Source of the DNA: Octopus vulgaris
Taxonomy: Eukaryota
Assembly: GCA_951406725.2 (NCBI GenBank)
Contig: OX597840.1
Location: 12,958,001-13,022,000 of the forward strand
Length of the DNA stretch: 64,000 bases
Direction of reading: 5' to 3'
A model generated the notes under the pieces. It was given only the letters and a program-made list of their open reading frames with translations. It was not told where the DNA came from and did no database searches. Shown piece after piece: positions 39,255-52,807 of this stretch. Numbering within the stretch: position 1 is the stretch's first letter; each line of letters begins with the position of its first letter. Both the position numbers and the translations under genes were made by a program.

Positions 39255-39688
39255 CACCATTACAATCATCATCATCACCATCATCATCACCATCATCACC
39301 ACCACCATCATCACCACCACCACCACCACCACCACCATCATCATTGTTGTCGTTATCATCATCATCACCACCACCACCATCATCATCTTCATCATCATTG
39401 TTGTCACAATCATCATCACTATTACCACCATCACCATCATCATTGTTGGCATTATCATCACCACCACCACCACCACCATCATCATCATCGTTGTTGTTAT
39501 TATTATCATCATCAGCAGCATCATTATCATCACCACCACCATCGTCATCACACCGCTACCATCACCACCATCATCATCACCATCATCATCATCAGCAGCA
39601 GCAGCAACAGCATCAACATAGCCATCATCACTGTCACAGCCATCACCATCACCATCATGATGGTGACAATGATAATGATGAAAATTAC

Positions 39689-39719
<31 letters not shown>

Positions 39720-39720
39720 C
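39255..39720. repeat. (CAT)/(CAC) then (GAT) tracts
   Basis: Direct reading. Confidence 0.9.
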
Positions 39721-40477
39721 CCGCTTGTCGCCTTAAAGACTGTTGCAATATTACAATATCTTTGAGAAAAACAAAAACAAAAAATTTCTGATGAAAGGAA
39801 ATTGCTAATTAAAATGTTAGAAGATATTAAATACTTTAAAAAAGGGGCCTAATTTTCTCTCAGTCTGTCATGATAAGGCTGTAACTTCTTAATTTCTTTG
39901 CCCTTATAAATCCCACTACACAAACACACATCTATTAGGCGCAGGAGTGGCTGTGTGGTAAGTAGCTTGCTTACCAACCACATGGTTCTGGGTTCAGTCC
40001 CACTGTGTGGCACTTTGGGCAAGTGTCTTCTACTAAAGCTTCAGGCCGACCAAAGCCTTGTGAGTGGATTTGGTAGACGGAAACTGAAAGAGGCCTGTTG
40101 TATATATATGTACGAGCAAAACGCCCCAGTCCAATGGAAGGTGCTGAGTTGTCAAACATTTAAACGAAATTTTCTCAAAACAACTTGTCCGACCTTCCCA
40201 TAGGCCTCCTCTTTGAGAAACACTGATTTAACCTAAATTTGAGACACCAGCAAAAGAAGAAGTAAAGATAGATTTTTTTCTATTCCAAGAAAAACGATTT
40301 TACAAATGCACATTCCCACAGCTTTATTAATCGCATTCTCACCTGGAATCGATTTTTGCTATTTTTTCAAGACTTATACACACCCTGATACCGTCGGTAT
40401 CTACATATGAAATTTAAGCACAGTCGGATGGAGGATGCCTGAGATCCTAGCAGACACACACACAGACAGACAGAACA

Positions 40478-40926
40478 AGCTGGCAGAACTGTTAGCACGC
40501 CGGGCGAAATGCTTAGCGGTATTTCATCTGCCATTACATTCTGAGTTCAAATTCCGCCAAGGTCGACTTTGCCTTTCATCCTTTCGGGATCGATAAATTA
40601 AGTGCCAGTTATGCACTGGGGTCGATGTAATCGGCTTAATCCATTTGTCTGTCCTTGTTTGTCCCCTCTGTGTTTAGCCCCTTGTGGGTAGTAAAGAAAC
40701 AGATATGTATGTGTCTGTGTATTAGTTTGTGTGTCTGTGTTTGTCCCCCCAACATCGCTTAACAACTGATGTTTGTGTGTTTACGTCCCCGTAACTTAGC
40801 GGTTCGGCAAAAGAGATTGCTAGAATAAATACCAGGCTTACAAAGAATAAGTCCTGGGGTTGATTTGCTCGACTAAAGGCGGTACTCCAGCATGGCCACA
40901 GTCAAATGGCTGAAAGAAGTAAAAGA
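40478..40926 (+). mobile_element. SINE D followed by SINE B 3' half
   Basis: SINE B head at 39938-40101 and tail at 40725-40926 are separated by a Helitron-like fragment (~40110-40477) and SINE D, a nested series. Confidence 0.75.
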
Positions 40927-41287
40927 GAGAGAAAAGAGTAGCTACTAGGCCTATGCTGTTATTTGTTTTGGTCCTCTTGCAGTATATATACATATCAAAT
41001 TTCAATTTCCTTGAAAAAAATAAAAAGAATAATAATAAAACTGTTAATAAAAATAACAAAAATAAATGAGAAAACCTGCCCAACATTTTTAGCCCTTTGG
41101 AATTATAAAAGGTCACCTTCATGCACACCCCTCCACATACAGACACACACACACACACACACACGTCTTACCCCACCAATGCATCTGCCCAACCCCTGCC
41201 CTTCTCTGCAATCGTCTGCTGTGTTGTGCTAACAAGTACCCATAGTCTTTTGCCAGAGAAATCTTTACTGTCATCACCAACAGAATA

Positions 41288-41650
41288 AGGATGGTGGTGG
41301 TGGTGGTGGTGGTGGAAATGAAGATGATGATGTTGATGATGATGATGATGATGATGATGAAAATGTTGGTGATGATGAGGATGATGAAAATGATGAAGAT
41401 GATGATATGATGATAATGATGATGAAGGTGATGATGATGATGATGATGTTGAAAATGATGAAGATGATGATGATGATGATGATGATGATGTGATGTTGAG
41501 GATGATGAAAATGATGATGATGTTGATGTTGAAAATGATGAAGATGATGATGATGAAGATGATGATGATGATGATGTTGATGATGAAGATGATGTTGAAG
41601 ATGATGATGATGATGATGTTGAAGACGATGATGATGATAATGTTGATGAA

Positions 41651-41687
<37 letters not shown>

Positions 41688-41791
41688 TTGAAGACGATGA
41701 TGATAATGATGTTGATGAAGATGATGTTGAAGATGAAGATGATGATGTTGATGATGTTGAGGATGATGGTGATAATGATGATAATGATGAA

Positions 41792-41843
<52 letters not shown>

Positions 41844-41983
41844 TTGATGATAATGAAGGTGATGATGTTGAAGATGATAAAGATGTTAAAGATGATGTTG
41901 ATGATGATGATGATGTTTGATGATGATGATGATAATGATGAAGATGATGATGTTGAAGATGATGATGATGAAGATGATGATGA
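41288..41983. repeat. Imperfect (GAT)n tract, ~700 bp
   Basis: Direct reading; source of poly-M/S/H ORFs. Confidence 0.95.
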
Positions 41984-43009
41984 ACATCTTTTATCTTATA
42001 CTGTTTACTTGTTTCAGTCAATAGATTGCGGCCATGCTGGGGCCCCACATTGCAGAACATTCAGTCAAATAAACCAATGCCAGTACTTGTTTCTTTATTT
42101 TTTCAAACCCGATGAACATCAAGATGATGATGATGACAACGATGTTGATGATTGTCTTCATTTCCATCACCATCACCACCACCACCCTCATTCTGTTGGT
42201 GATGACAGCAAAGACTGCCCTGGTTAAAGACTGTGGCATTTGTTAGAGCTAGACAGAAGACGACTGCAAAAGAGGGCGAGGCATCATCCGGCATTTGTTC
42301 ATTGTATCATTTAATGACTGCTTTTCCATGCTTGCTTGGCTCACTTGAAAAGAAAAACAAGGCATAGGTGTGGCTGAGTGGTTAAGAAGATTGCTTAGCA
42401 GCCACATGGTCTCGGGTTCAGTCCTACTGTGCAGCACCTTGGGCAAGGGTTTTTTACTATAACTCCGGGCCAACCAATGCCTTGTGTGTGAATTTGACAG
42501 ACAGAAACTATGTGTTTCTGGCAGAAACGGCACACCGGGTGAAATGCTTAGTGGTATTTCATCTGCTGTTACATTCTGAGTTCAAATTCCGCTGAGGTTG
42601 ACTTTGCCTTTCATCCTTTCGGGGTCTATAAATTAAGTACCAGTTATGCACTGAGATTGATGTAATCGACTTAATCTGTTTGTTTGTCCTTGTTTGTCCC
42701 TTCTATGTTTAGCCCCTTGTGGGCAATAAAGAAATAAGAAACTATATGTGTGTGTGTGTGTCCCACCACGCCACTCCCAAGCACAGTGGTTACCATACCA
42801 CCTATACCACCCAACCGTCCCCTTTCTGCTGCCGAACGTTCACTCCCCGGTAGGAGAATCTGCTTCACACTTCTCATGACACCAGTCAAATGAGTACCAA
42901 ACTTTAAAAACGTAAGTCCTGGGGTCAATACACCTGACTAAAAAATCTTTGAGGTGGTGCTCCAGCATAGCCGCAGTCTAACTGAAATGAATGAAAGATA
43001 AGAGATAAA

Positions 43010-43384
43010 AGTGGCTGTGTGGTAAGTAGCTTGCTAACCAGCCACATGGTTCCGGGTTCAGTCCCACTGCGTGGCATCTTGGGCAAGGGTCTTCTGCTAT
43101 AGCCCCCAATGCCTTGTGAGTGGATTTGGTAGACGGAAACTGAAAGAAGCCTGTCGTATATATGTATATATATGTAAGTGTGTGTGTATGTGTTTGTCCC
43201 TCTAGCATTGCTTGACAACCGATGCTGGTGTGTTTACGTCCCCGTCACTTAGTGGTTTCGCAAAAGAGACCGATAGAATAAGTACTGGGTTTACAAAGAA
43301 TAAGTCCCGGGGTCGATTTGCTCGACTAAAGGCGGTGCTCCAGCATGGCCGCAGTCAAATGACTGAAACAATAGAGTAAAGAGT
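43010..43384 (+). mobile_element. SINE family B, near complete
   Basis: Both halves and tail present. Confidence 0.88.
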
Positions 43385-43602
43385 ATATGTGGGTGTATGT
43401 GTTCTCCTTCCCATACAACTGACAATTGCTGTTGGTTTATCTGTCTCCTCATAACTTAGCAGTTTGGCAAAAGAGTTTGATAAAATAAGTGCCTGACTTA
43501 CAAAATAAGTTCTCGGATTGATTTGTTTGACTTAGCCCTTCAAAACGGTGTGCTCCAGTGTGGCTGTGGTCAAATAACTGAAGCAATTTGAAAATATTTA
43601 AA

Positions 43603-44602
43603 AACAAGAGCACTCACAGATCGCAAACCTCTGCCAAGGCAAAACCAACATCCTCTCACTGATTAGCCAGAGATGATTTTTAAAAGGAGAATATCTAAAA
43701 TAAACCCGACCTCACTCAAAAACGAAAATACTAAAAACGAACCCGACCGTTCTCAAAAATTAAGTAAAAAAAAAAAAAAAAAACTGGAAAAATAGTCCAG
43801 AATCCTTGGCCGGTACCGGATCAATTCCAAAATCTAATTAGTTCGTGCCAGTCACGAGGCCAAATATCCCTGAAAGTTTCATCGGAATCCATCCGGCGGT
43901 TCTTGAGATATCTTGTCCACGGACAGACAAAAGAAAAAACAAAACAAATGCGACTGAAAACAATACCTATATCTTTACTGCCCACAAGGGGCAAGACACA
44001 GAGGGGACAAACAAGGACAGACAAACGGATTAAGTCGATTACATCGACCCCAGTGCGTAACTGGTACTTAATTTATCGACCCCGAAAGGATGAAAGGCAA
44101 AGTCGACCTCGGCGGAATTTGAACTCAGAACGTAGCGGCAGACGAAATACCTATTTCTTTATTACCCACAAGGGGCTAAACATAGAGGGGACAAACAAGG
44201 ATAGACATAGGTATTAAGTCGATTACATCGACCCCAGTGCGTAACTGGTACTTAATTTATCGACCCCGAAAGGATGAAAGGCAAAGTCGACCTCGGCGGA
44301 ATTTGAACTCACAATGTAACGCAGACGAAATACCTATTTCTTTATTACCCACGAGGGGCTAAACACAGAGGGGACAAACAAGGAAAGATATAGGTATTAA
44401 GTCGATTACATCGACCCCAGTGCGTAACTGGTACTTAATTTATCGACCCCGAAAGGATGAAAGGCAAAGTCGACCTCAGCGGAATTTGAACTTACAACGT
44501 AGCGGCAGACGAAATACCGTTAGACATTTCGCTCGGCGTGCTAACGTTTCTGCCAGCTCGCCGCCTAACAATACCTCCGCCTTAGCGAAAGCGAAGGTAA
44601 TA
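43603..44602 (-). mobile_element. Helentron-associated (HINE/DINE-like) non-autonomous element interrupted by a SINE D trimer
   Basis: Terminal hairpin TACCTCCGCCTTAGCGAAAGCGAAGGTA; related subterminal AACCTCTGCCAAGG at the other end; A/T-run flanks; class inferred from structure. Confidence 0.55.
43969..44566 (-). mobile_element. Head-to-tail trimer of SINE D with 10-bp TSD
   Basis: Three ~183-bp units; AACAATACCT at 43959-43968 and 44567-44576. Confidence 0.88.
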
Positions 44603-45133
44603 AACGATAAATGATACAAAATATTCACCTAGGACTAAGATAGTAGAGTGATGATGGAGGTTTGGTTGCTATTTCTAGTATGTTGGACAGCCACATAGGT
44701 GGCTAGGTAAAAGCGCTGTGTTGTGACGTTCATGCATTAGCAGAAGTATGAATTATAAGGAAGCTCAGTGGAGCAGGGTTTTAAGTCGGTTTTTCAGCAA
44801 GTAGCAAGATTAAGCAGGAATAAAAAGGAAGTGAGAAAAAAAGTAAGAAGCAACAGTGAGAGGGAGAGAGAAAAGAGACAGAGAGAGAGCGGGAGAGAGA
44901 AAAAAGAGAAACTATAACAGTGAGGTGGAAGGAAACAGAGGTTTGGTGAGAGACATAGGATGGGAGTCATGGGAGAAGATGAAGAAGAGGAAAGGAGAAA
45001 GAGGGAAAGAGAGAGAGAGAGAGAGAAGGGGGTCTGAAACATGGTAATGAGAAAAAGACGAAGAGAAAATAGAGAGAGGTAAAAAGTGAAAGATAGAATT
45101 TGATAGATAGAAAGAAAGATGGATAGAGAGTGC

Positions 45134-45162
45134 GATAGATAGATAGATAGATACGTCGATAG

Positions 45163-45243
<81 letters not shown>

Positions 45244-45252
45244 CGTCGATAG

Positions 45253-45299
<47 letters not shown>

Positions 45300-45335
45300 C
45301 AGACAGGTAGATAGATAGACAGACAGACAGACAGG

Positions 45336-45374
<39 letters not shown>

Positions 45375-45398
45375 GTGGATAGATAGATACGTCGATAG

Positions 45399-45465
<67 letters not shown>

Positions 45466-45513
45466 CAGGTAGATAGATAGATTGACAGATAGACAGACAG
45501 ACAGACAGACAGG

Positions 45514-45568
<55 letters not shown>
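45134..45568. repeat. (GATA)/(GACA) array with recurrent ACGTCG interruptions
   Basis: ATACGTCGATAGAG at ~45151, 45241 and 45387. Confidence 0.95.
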
Positions 45569-45569
<1 letters not shown>

Positions 45570-46330
45570 AAGGGAGTATAGGAAAAGGGGATAAAAGATT
45601 TAAGAGAAAGAAAAAGAGAGGCGAAAAGAGACAGAGAGAGAGGAGAAAGAGAGACAGAAAGAAAGTGAAAGAGTCTCGTTAAAAGTCCCCAAGAGTAGCA
45701 GTGAGAGAGAGAGAGAGTAAGAGTATCGCCCGGCGAATAGCAGATAGAGAAAAAGAGATTAGAAAAGGGTGAGAAATAAAGCGAAGGGGGAAGGGGAGGA
45801 GAAGAGGGGGGAGCGAAATTGAAAGGAAATGAAAAAGAAATAATCTAGAAAAAATAACCGGAGATACACGAGAAAGACAGTAACGAGTGTGACGGTAGGA
45901 GGGAGGGGAGGGAAGGAAGAAAAGCTGAGATGGTTAAGTAAGATGAGTAGTGGGGTGAGAAAGTAGAGAAAGAATAAGAGTATAAAAAGGGGTTGTTGTT
46001 TATTTTAGAGATTGCGGGAAGGGGGGAGGGAGAAATGGAGGTAGACGTGGTGGGAAATTTGACGGAGTTTGATGTTGATGGTAGATAGAAGTCATAACAG
46101 GTAGAGGGGACGGTTGAATAAGATTAGGATAACGCTGATGAGAGAGGAACGTGTGTGAGTATGAATACACGCACGAACAAGTGTGTGTGTATGTGTATAT
46201 ATATATATATATATATCTAGTTTATGCCTTTTGGGTCATTTAGATACCAAAACATATCTATATGTATATCTATCTATCTATCTATATATATATATATATA
46301 TATATGTACATGCACACGTATGCATATATA

Positions 46331-46382
<52 letters not shown>

Positions 46383-46410
46383 TGCACACGTATATATGCA
46401 CGTATGCATA

Positions 46411-46527
<117 letters not shown>

Positions 46528-46546
46528 TGTATACATGTATATTCTC

Positions 46547-46875
46547 TCGACTCCGTCGGTCACGAATGACCATGGGTGTACCTAAGGGGTTTCCCTACGG
46601 GGTACAAGTCTGGGCGGAGAGTTGCCTCACCGACGAACGCACAACTTAGGGTTGATTTTTATGGAAGACCAGCAGTCGCCCATGCAAACCAGCCTCCACG
46701 CTCTATGCTACTGATCTTATCAAAGGGAAAATCAAAGACCGATACAGCTTGGTGCCAGTGACGTTGCAACTCATTTCTACAGCTGAGTGAACTGGAGCAA
46801 CATGAAAACAAAGTGTCTTGCTCAAGAACACAACACGCAGCCCACTCCGGGAATCGAACTCACAATCGTAAGCAT
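46547..46875 (-). mobile_element. SINE family E
   Basis: Homologous to 32192-32525. Confidence 0.78.
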
Positions 46876-46917
46876 ACCTAATTGCTTAGATCACCTGTGA
46901 ACTAAACCCCCATACTT

Positions 46918-46996
<79 letters not shown>

Positions 46997-46997
46997 C

Positions 46998-47030
<33 letters not shown>

Positions 47031-47099
47031 TATATAGCTGTTATAATATATATATATATGTATACGTATACATTTCGTTTTTGGACAGAGCAAAGACTA

Positions 47100-47132
47100 T
47101 TGAAAAGGTTGCAAGACGCAATGAAAATTTTA
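47100..47132 (+). ncRNA. Hammerhead ribozyme-like motif, U3-A8 core variant
   Basis: TTGAAAA|GGTTGC-AAGAC-GCAAT|GAAA|ATTT|TA; AATAAA follows; cassette flanked by (TA)n; stem I not preserved. Confidence 0.45.
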
Positions 47133-47296
47133 GGAAAATAAAAATAATAAGTGGAAATTTTACCGGTGAGTGTGTTAAAATTATAAGGTACAAAAAAGAA
47201 AATGACTTCTCAGACACAACAGTATATGCAAACATATATATGTATATATATATATATATATATCATATCTGTCTATCTATCCTTCTCTGTGTGTGC

Positions 47297-47372
<76 letters not shown>

Positions 47373-47789
47373 CCTTGTATGTGATAGAGCTACTTGAATT
47401 GATTAAGGGAGGCCATTCACATAAATCTTATTCAAACAGAAAATAGTAAGCAATAAGCACTGTAGCCTACATCATTTAAGGAATCTAAATAGGTTTCGAA
47501 ACCGGCACTCTTAGTACTGTGTGCCTGTTTATGTATGCGCGCGTGCAAGCACACACACACACACACACACACTCATATATATAGAAGCCTGCCTGTATGG
47601 TAAGAAGCTTTTTCCCAACCACAAGGTTCCATGTTCAGTCCCACTGCATGGCACCTTAAGCAAGTGTCTTCTACTATAGCCTCAGGCCAACCAAGCCTTG
47701 TGAGTGGATTTGGTAGACGGAAACTGAAAGAAGCCTGTATTTCGTTGGATGATAACATTCCTTCATAAGGCTAACATAACCTCTAATCG

Positions 47790-47839
<50 letters not shown>

Positions 47840-47864
47840 TGATGCCTTACGCCTAATTTTCGGC

Positions 47865-48028
47865 CAGGGCCGGTTTAACAGCATCACAGCCTCAGGGCAA
47901 AGCAATACACAGGGTCGTATAGTAATTATTTGTTGACAGTAAACCACGACATGTGCATGGATCGAAATTGAGCTCCTAGACCCGTGCGGCCTGTGGCAAC
48001 TTCCTAGTGTGCCCTGCTCTCAGCCCTG
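47865..48028. mobile_element. Possible hAT (Tip100-like) MITE
   Basis: CAGGGCCG ... CAGCCCTG termini; TSD not clear. Confidence 0.35.
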
Positions 48029-48231
48029 GACTCACTTTTATAACTTTCTGATTATACGTACACACACACACGTACTTATATATATAATTCTTTTTCACTT
48101 ACAGCTTAGCTGGCCGAGGTTTCGAAGTTACTGACAATACTATAGTTGTTATAGAATAAATTTGTACTCTACAAAATGTATTGAGTAATCCTTCAATTTG
48201 ATGTATAACTGATTGTATTACAACATAAGCC

Positions 48232-48297
<66 letters not shown>

Positions 48298-48834
48298 AGA
48301 TGTTGATATAAAGATATCTATGAATATACATACGTACACAAATATATATGTGTGTGTGTTTTTTATATATATTCAGACAAGTATATATAAAAATGTATAT
48401 ATACATACATAGGCATACAGACAAGTATGTATATATCTTTATCTATCTTTACACAGACACACACATATATATATAAATGTATATATACAAACGTAGGCAT
48501 ACAGACAAGTATATATATATATATATATAAGAGAGAGAGGGAGAGGAAGAAAGAGAAAGAGAGAGGAAGATAGAGGGAGAGAGAGAGGGGGAGAGGCAAA
48601 GAATATATCTTGACAGAATCTGTTGAAGTGGAGTAAAAGAGAAACTGAAAGTAAATAAAAAATTCGATATAAAGGAGGGAGAAAGAAAATGATTACGAAG
48701 AAAAAAATTAGATGTGGTGGGCGCAGATAGATTGACAAAAACGAGGAGATACACACAGCTATATATATAAATATACATACAGATTGATAGAGAGAGAGAG
48801 ATAGAGAGATAAAAAGAGGGCTATATACTGCTAA

Positions 48835-48872
<38 letters not shown>

Positions 48873-49499
48873 GTGATGGAGAGAAACGGGTAGAGAGAAA
48901 GGAGAGAGGGACATCAGTTGATGTGGAAAAATCCATTAAGAGGGATGAGGAGGGGGACGGAAATGAAGACAGCATGAAGGAGAGTAATGGTGTGAGGGAA
49001 GTGCAGAAGGAGAAGTGAAGTGGTGGGAGGTAGACGTGAAGAGATGGAGAGAGAAGATAACGATGTGGAGAAAAAAATTCGATAAGTGTTTGATGGAGAG
49101 GAAAGTCGTGTGTGTATAGGGAGAGAGGGGGTGAGAGCAGCCGACAGAGAGAAGGAGAGGGAGAGGGGTGAGACAAGCCGACAGAGAGGAGAGGGAAGGC
49201 GAGAGAGAGAGAAAAACAGAGAAAGGAGGGTGAGAGAGTGTGAAAAAGAAGGCAATAGCGTAAGAGAGAGAGAGAGAGAGGTGATGGAGAGTAGGAAGGC
49301 AAGAGAGAGGCGGAGAGAAAGAAGGCTAGAGAGAGACAAGGCAAGAGAATAGGGGAAACGAGTGATGGAGAAAGGGTAAGCGAGCGAGAGAGGGAGTAAT
49401 GCGAGTGTGAAAGAGAGGGGGGGCGAGAGTGATAAAGAGGAAAACGAGGGTAGGAGGAAGAGAGAGGGTGAGAGAAGGAGGGGGATGGTGAGATAGAAG

Positions 49500-50569
49500 A
49501 CGAATGACGGAATGAATGAGAAGGGGAGTAAAGAAATGCGAGGAGGCTGATTCGATAGGCAGATCGATATATAAATATAGATAGATTGATGATGTGTTAG
49601 TGAGAGGCAGAGAGAGGGGGATATAGTGCGACAGTAGTGCTGTAGATTCTGTTTAGTTGCGTTGAAGTATAGTTGTGATGGAAGATCTATGTCGGAGAGA
49701 CCCGGGGATAAACCCCCGTGGGACTATGTGACAATAACAACAACAATAATGATAATGATAATAATATGACATACAAACACGGTATGGAAGTTGATACAAG
49801 ATGATAAACACAATCGTGGACTATTAAGGTAAAACAATACACATACACATACATATATATATCTGTCTATATGCACCTTGAGATGAGAGAAAAAATATTT
49901 CCTACAGGAACAAGGACGTTTACTAAAATACTGAGTCTCTGTCGTGATCGGAGGAAATCGAAGTATAGATAAAAAAAAAAGGTTGATTGACTAATACTTG
50001 ACAAGCCTCGTCCAGATCTGTCAGTTATATTTCGACTGCATAACGTTGTATGCGTAAATATATGTATATAAATGTGTACATATAATGTTTGTATACATAT
50101 GACAGTGTTTATATGTATGTGAATGAGTATTGTTAATTATGATTTTCGCGAGTAATGAGGTTTAATTGATGTGTGTGTGTGAACTTGTATTTGGACATGT
50201 GTGTCCGTGTTCATGAGTATTCATGTGTGTATATATATATATATATTAAAAAAAATTCCCATTTCGATTGATTTACTAAATGGTTGATTGATTAATAGAT
50301 AAGATAGGTAGACGAAGAGACCAGGAAACAACATTGAGAAGGTTCCGGGTGGCTGTCATCGCGTCAGGGTGGGGAAAAGTCGACGCCACAAGACAGGAGG
50401 GACAGAAAAGAGAAAGAAGAAGAAAAAGAAAAAGAGGAAAAAATATTGATGTATCAGGTTTGAAAAACACTTCAATCGACCAATAATATATTATATAATA
50501 CACACACATAACCATGAACACCAAACACTAGTCTTGGCTCGAGATAGATTAGCTTGAGCCGTTATTTTC

Positions 50570-50622
<53 letters not shown>

Positions 50623-51469
50623 GAATTAAGATACTCATTATATATATATATACATATATATATATACGACAGTACTAACAGAGATAAAATAATTTGAGAC
50701 CAGAAAACTGTGGTAATTAATACAAGATGTTTCGTTTAAATGTCGAAAAGATAAGTTTCTGGTACAGGAAATAATAATAATAATAAAAATAGATTAAGGT
50801 AAAGGCTCTCCCGCCACCACCCTTTCACTGAAAGAAAGGAAAAATCAAAGAAGCTGTAACACACAGACACACACACATACGAAGAAGAGAAAAAAAAAGC
50901 AAAAACCTTTTCGAAATATTCTTTGTTCGTATTTTCTACATATTCAGTGAATAATGATATAAATATATCACTAATGAATAATGACCAACGAAATGTGTTT
51001 CTAAATAATATCGGTCCCTAAAAAAAGGCAACAGAAAAAAAGAACAAAGTCCACCAGGTAAAAAAGATGCAAAATTAAAGTGAGGGTTAATTAAAAAAAA
51101 TAATAACAAAACAAGAAGGTATTGCAATTTGTTTATTGAAAACAACAACAGAATTAAATAACAAACAGTGACATTAATTGGACATGTATTGATGGATCTT
51201 TTGAACTAAGTTGAAAGAGGACTCGCTTTCTTTCTCTTTCAACTCTTGTTTTGGGATTATCTCACGCACAGAGAAGGGCGGAAATTACTTATATATTCAC
51301 ACGTATATACACACGCACTGACACGCGCGCAAAAATTATATATATACACAGATGTTACACCTTTTATTTCCTTTTTTTAAATAACATACGTATGAGTGTG
51401 TGTGTGTTTTGAGGTTCGTTGCTGATAACCTACACGCTTTCTTTCTGCTTCTGTTATATACACACACAC

Positions 51470-51524
<55 letters not shown>

Positions 51525-52731
51525 CACATATACACGCACATACAGACGTACAAGTAGAGGATGTACGTAAATGCAAGAAGGATATAAGCAGTGCGTGGGG
51601 ATGTGAGTTAAAAAACAGAATGGTTAGCAGCCGACAAACAGCCAGTCTTGTATAAAGAAGTGTTGAAATCTTGGGATGTATAACTGCGATTTTTTTCTTT
51701 TTTCTTTCTTGGAAAACTAAAGGTGAAAAAATACTGATAATATATCCACAAAAAGATAACAACAACGCAAAAATTTGAATTAAAATATTTATTATTCGCC
51801 GCCGCCTCAGTATTGGATGTACGAATGAATGAAGAAAATTGAATTAAAAAATAAAGAAGAAAAAGGATAAATACAAAGAGGATAGCTGATGTCAACTAAG
51901 TACAAACTTAGTGGATTATTTAAAGAAAAAGGATAAAAAACACGGATAAAGAATTACAGGAACAAAATTAAATAAGTAACAAGTTTTCAAAAAATTAACC
52001 CCCACAGATCAACCAGCAATCAACAGTTTTTGGAAGTTATAATTAAATTGTGAATTTACTGAATAAGTTTTATCGTCAACGAATTAAACCAACCCAAACG
52101 GAACCAAACTTACAAAAATTATTTGTTTTAAATAACAAATAATAAATGATATAATTTACGGAGGAGTATAGATAGCGATTTTTTCCGACGGTGCTGTATC
52201 TAATTTGAATGGCGTTACCATTTTGGTGAAGGAACGAAGGGCTTGGCAACATTAGCAGTGGCTTGAACACTTATTACTATTTGTTTATATTTATTATTTC
52301 TACTGTTATAATTATATATATACATATATATATATATTGGTGAGAAAGGGAAACTTTAAGCGAGTGGAGCTAGTAATTGCTAAATAAATAGGTGTAGTTA
52401 TCTACATATATGTCTTTCACTTAAGGAAAATTAAATTAAACGTCAAGTAAAGTTTACAGAAAAAGACAAAACACAAAGCAAATTAAAATAAATGATTTAT
52501 TTGTAATTAATTGTTAATTATCTAGCTTAAAATGTACAAAAGACATGTCAAAATAATGACTTGTCTAAAGAATAAATCCTGAATCAACAAATAGTAAGAC
52601 GGGCAGGTAGGTGACTTTGCCCGTCGTATATTCAAGGCTCCCTTCTAACTCCTTAAGGGCTCACCACCTTATTTTGCTTCTTGCCTTAAAAAAACTGCTA
52701 TTGCTAGTTCTATCGACACTAAACTACCAAA
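49500..52731 (+). promoter_or_regulatory. Putative promoter/5'UTR region of the ERG-type channel gene
   Basis: ~3 kb with no recognisable SINE/LINE, visibly more CpG than the rest of the window, directly upstream of the conserved ATG; TSS cannot be located. Confidence 0.5.
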
Positions 52732-52807
52732 ATGCCCGTCAGAAGAGGCCATGTTGCTCCGCCTAATACTTTTATCGACACAATTATTCGGAAATTCGAC
52801 GATCAAA
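52732..52807 (+). CDS. KCNH2-like (erg): First coding exon of an ERG-subfamily (KCNH2/6/7-like) voltage-gated K+ channel, PAS-cap
   Basis: [25 protein letters not shown] versus human h[28 protein letters not shown] (21/25); 76 coding nt then GTAAGT (phase 1), the exon-1 coding length known for KCNH2; A at -3. Confidence 0.95.

Noticed and set aside
41119-42227. Poly-Ser/His and poly-Met ORFs; a Met-rich reflectin-like protein was considered
   Set aside because: Pure (GAT)n tract with no reflectin motif, Tyr/Arg/Pro content or splice evidence
43969-44566. Regularly spaced repeats as a CRISPR-like array (also the 66-bp array at 3730-4735)
   Set aside because: Whole units repeat with no unique spacers; eukaryotic context and no cas genes
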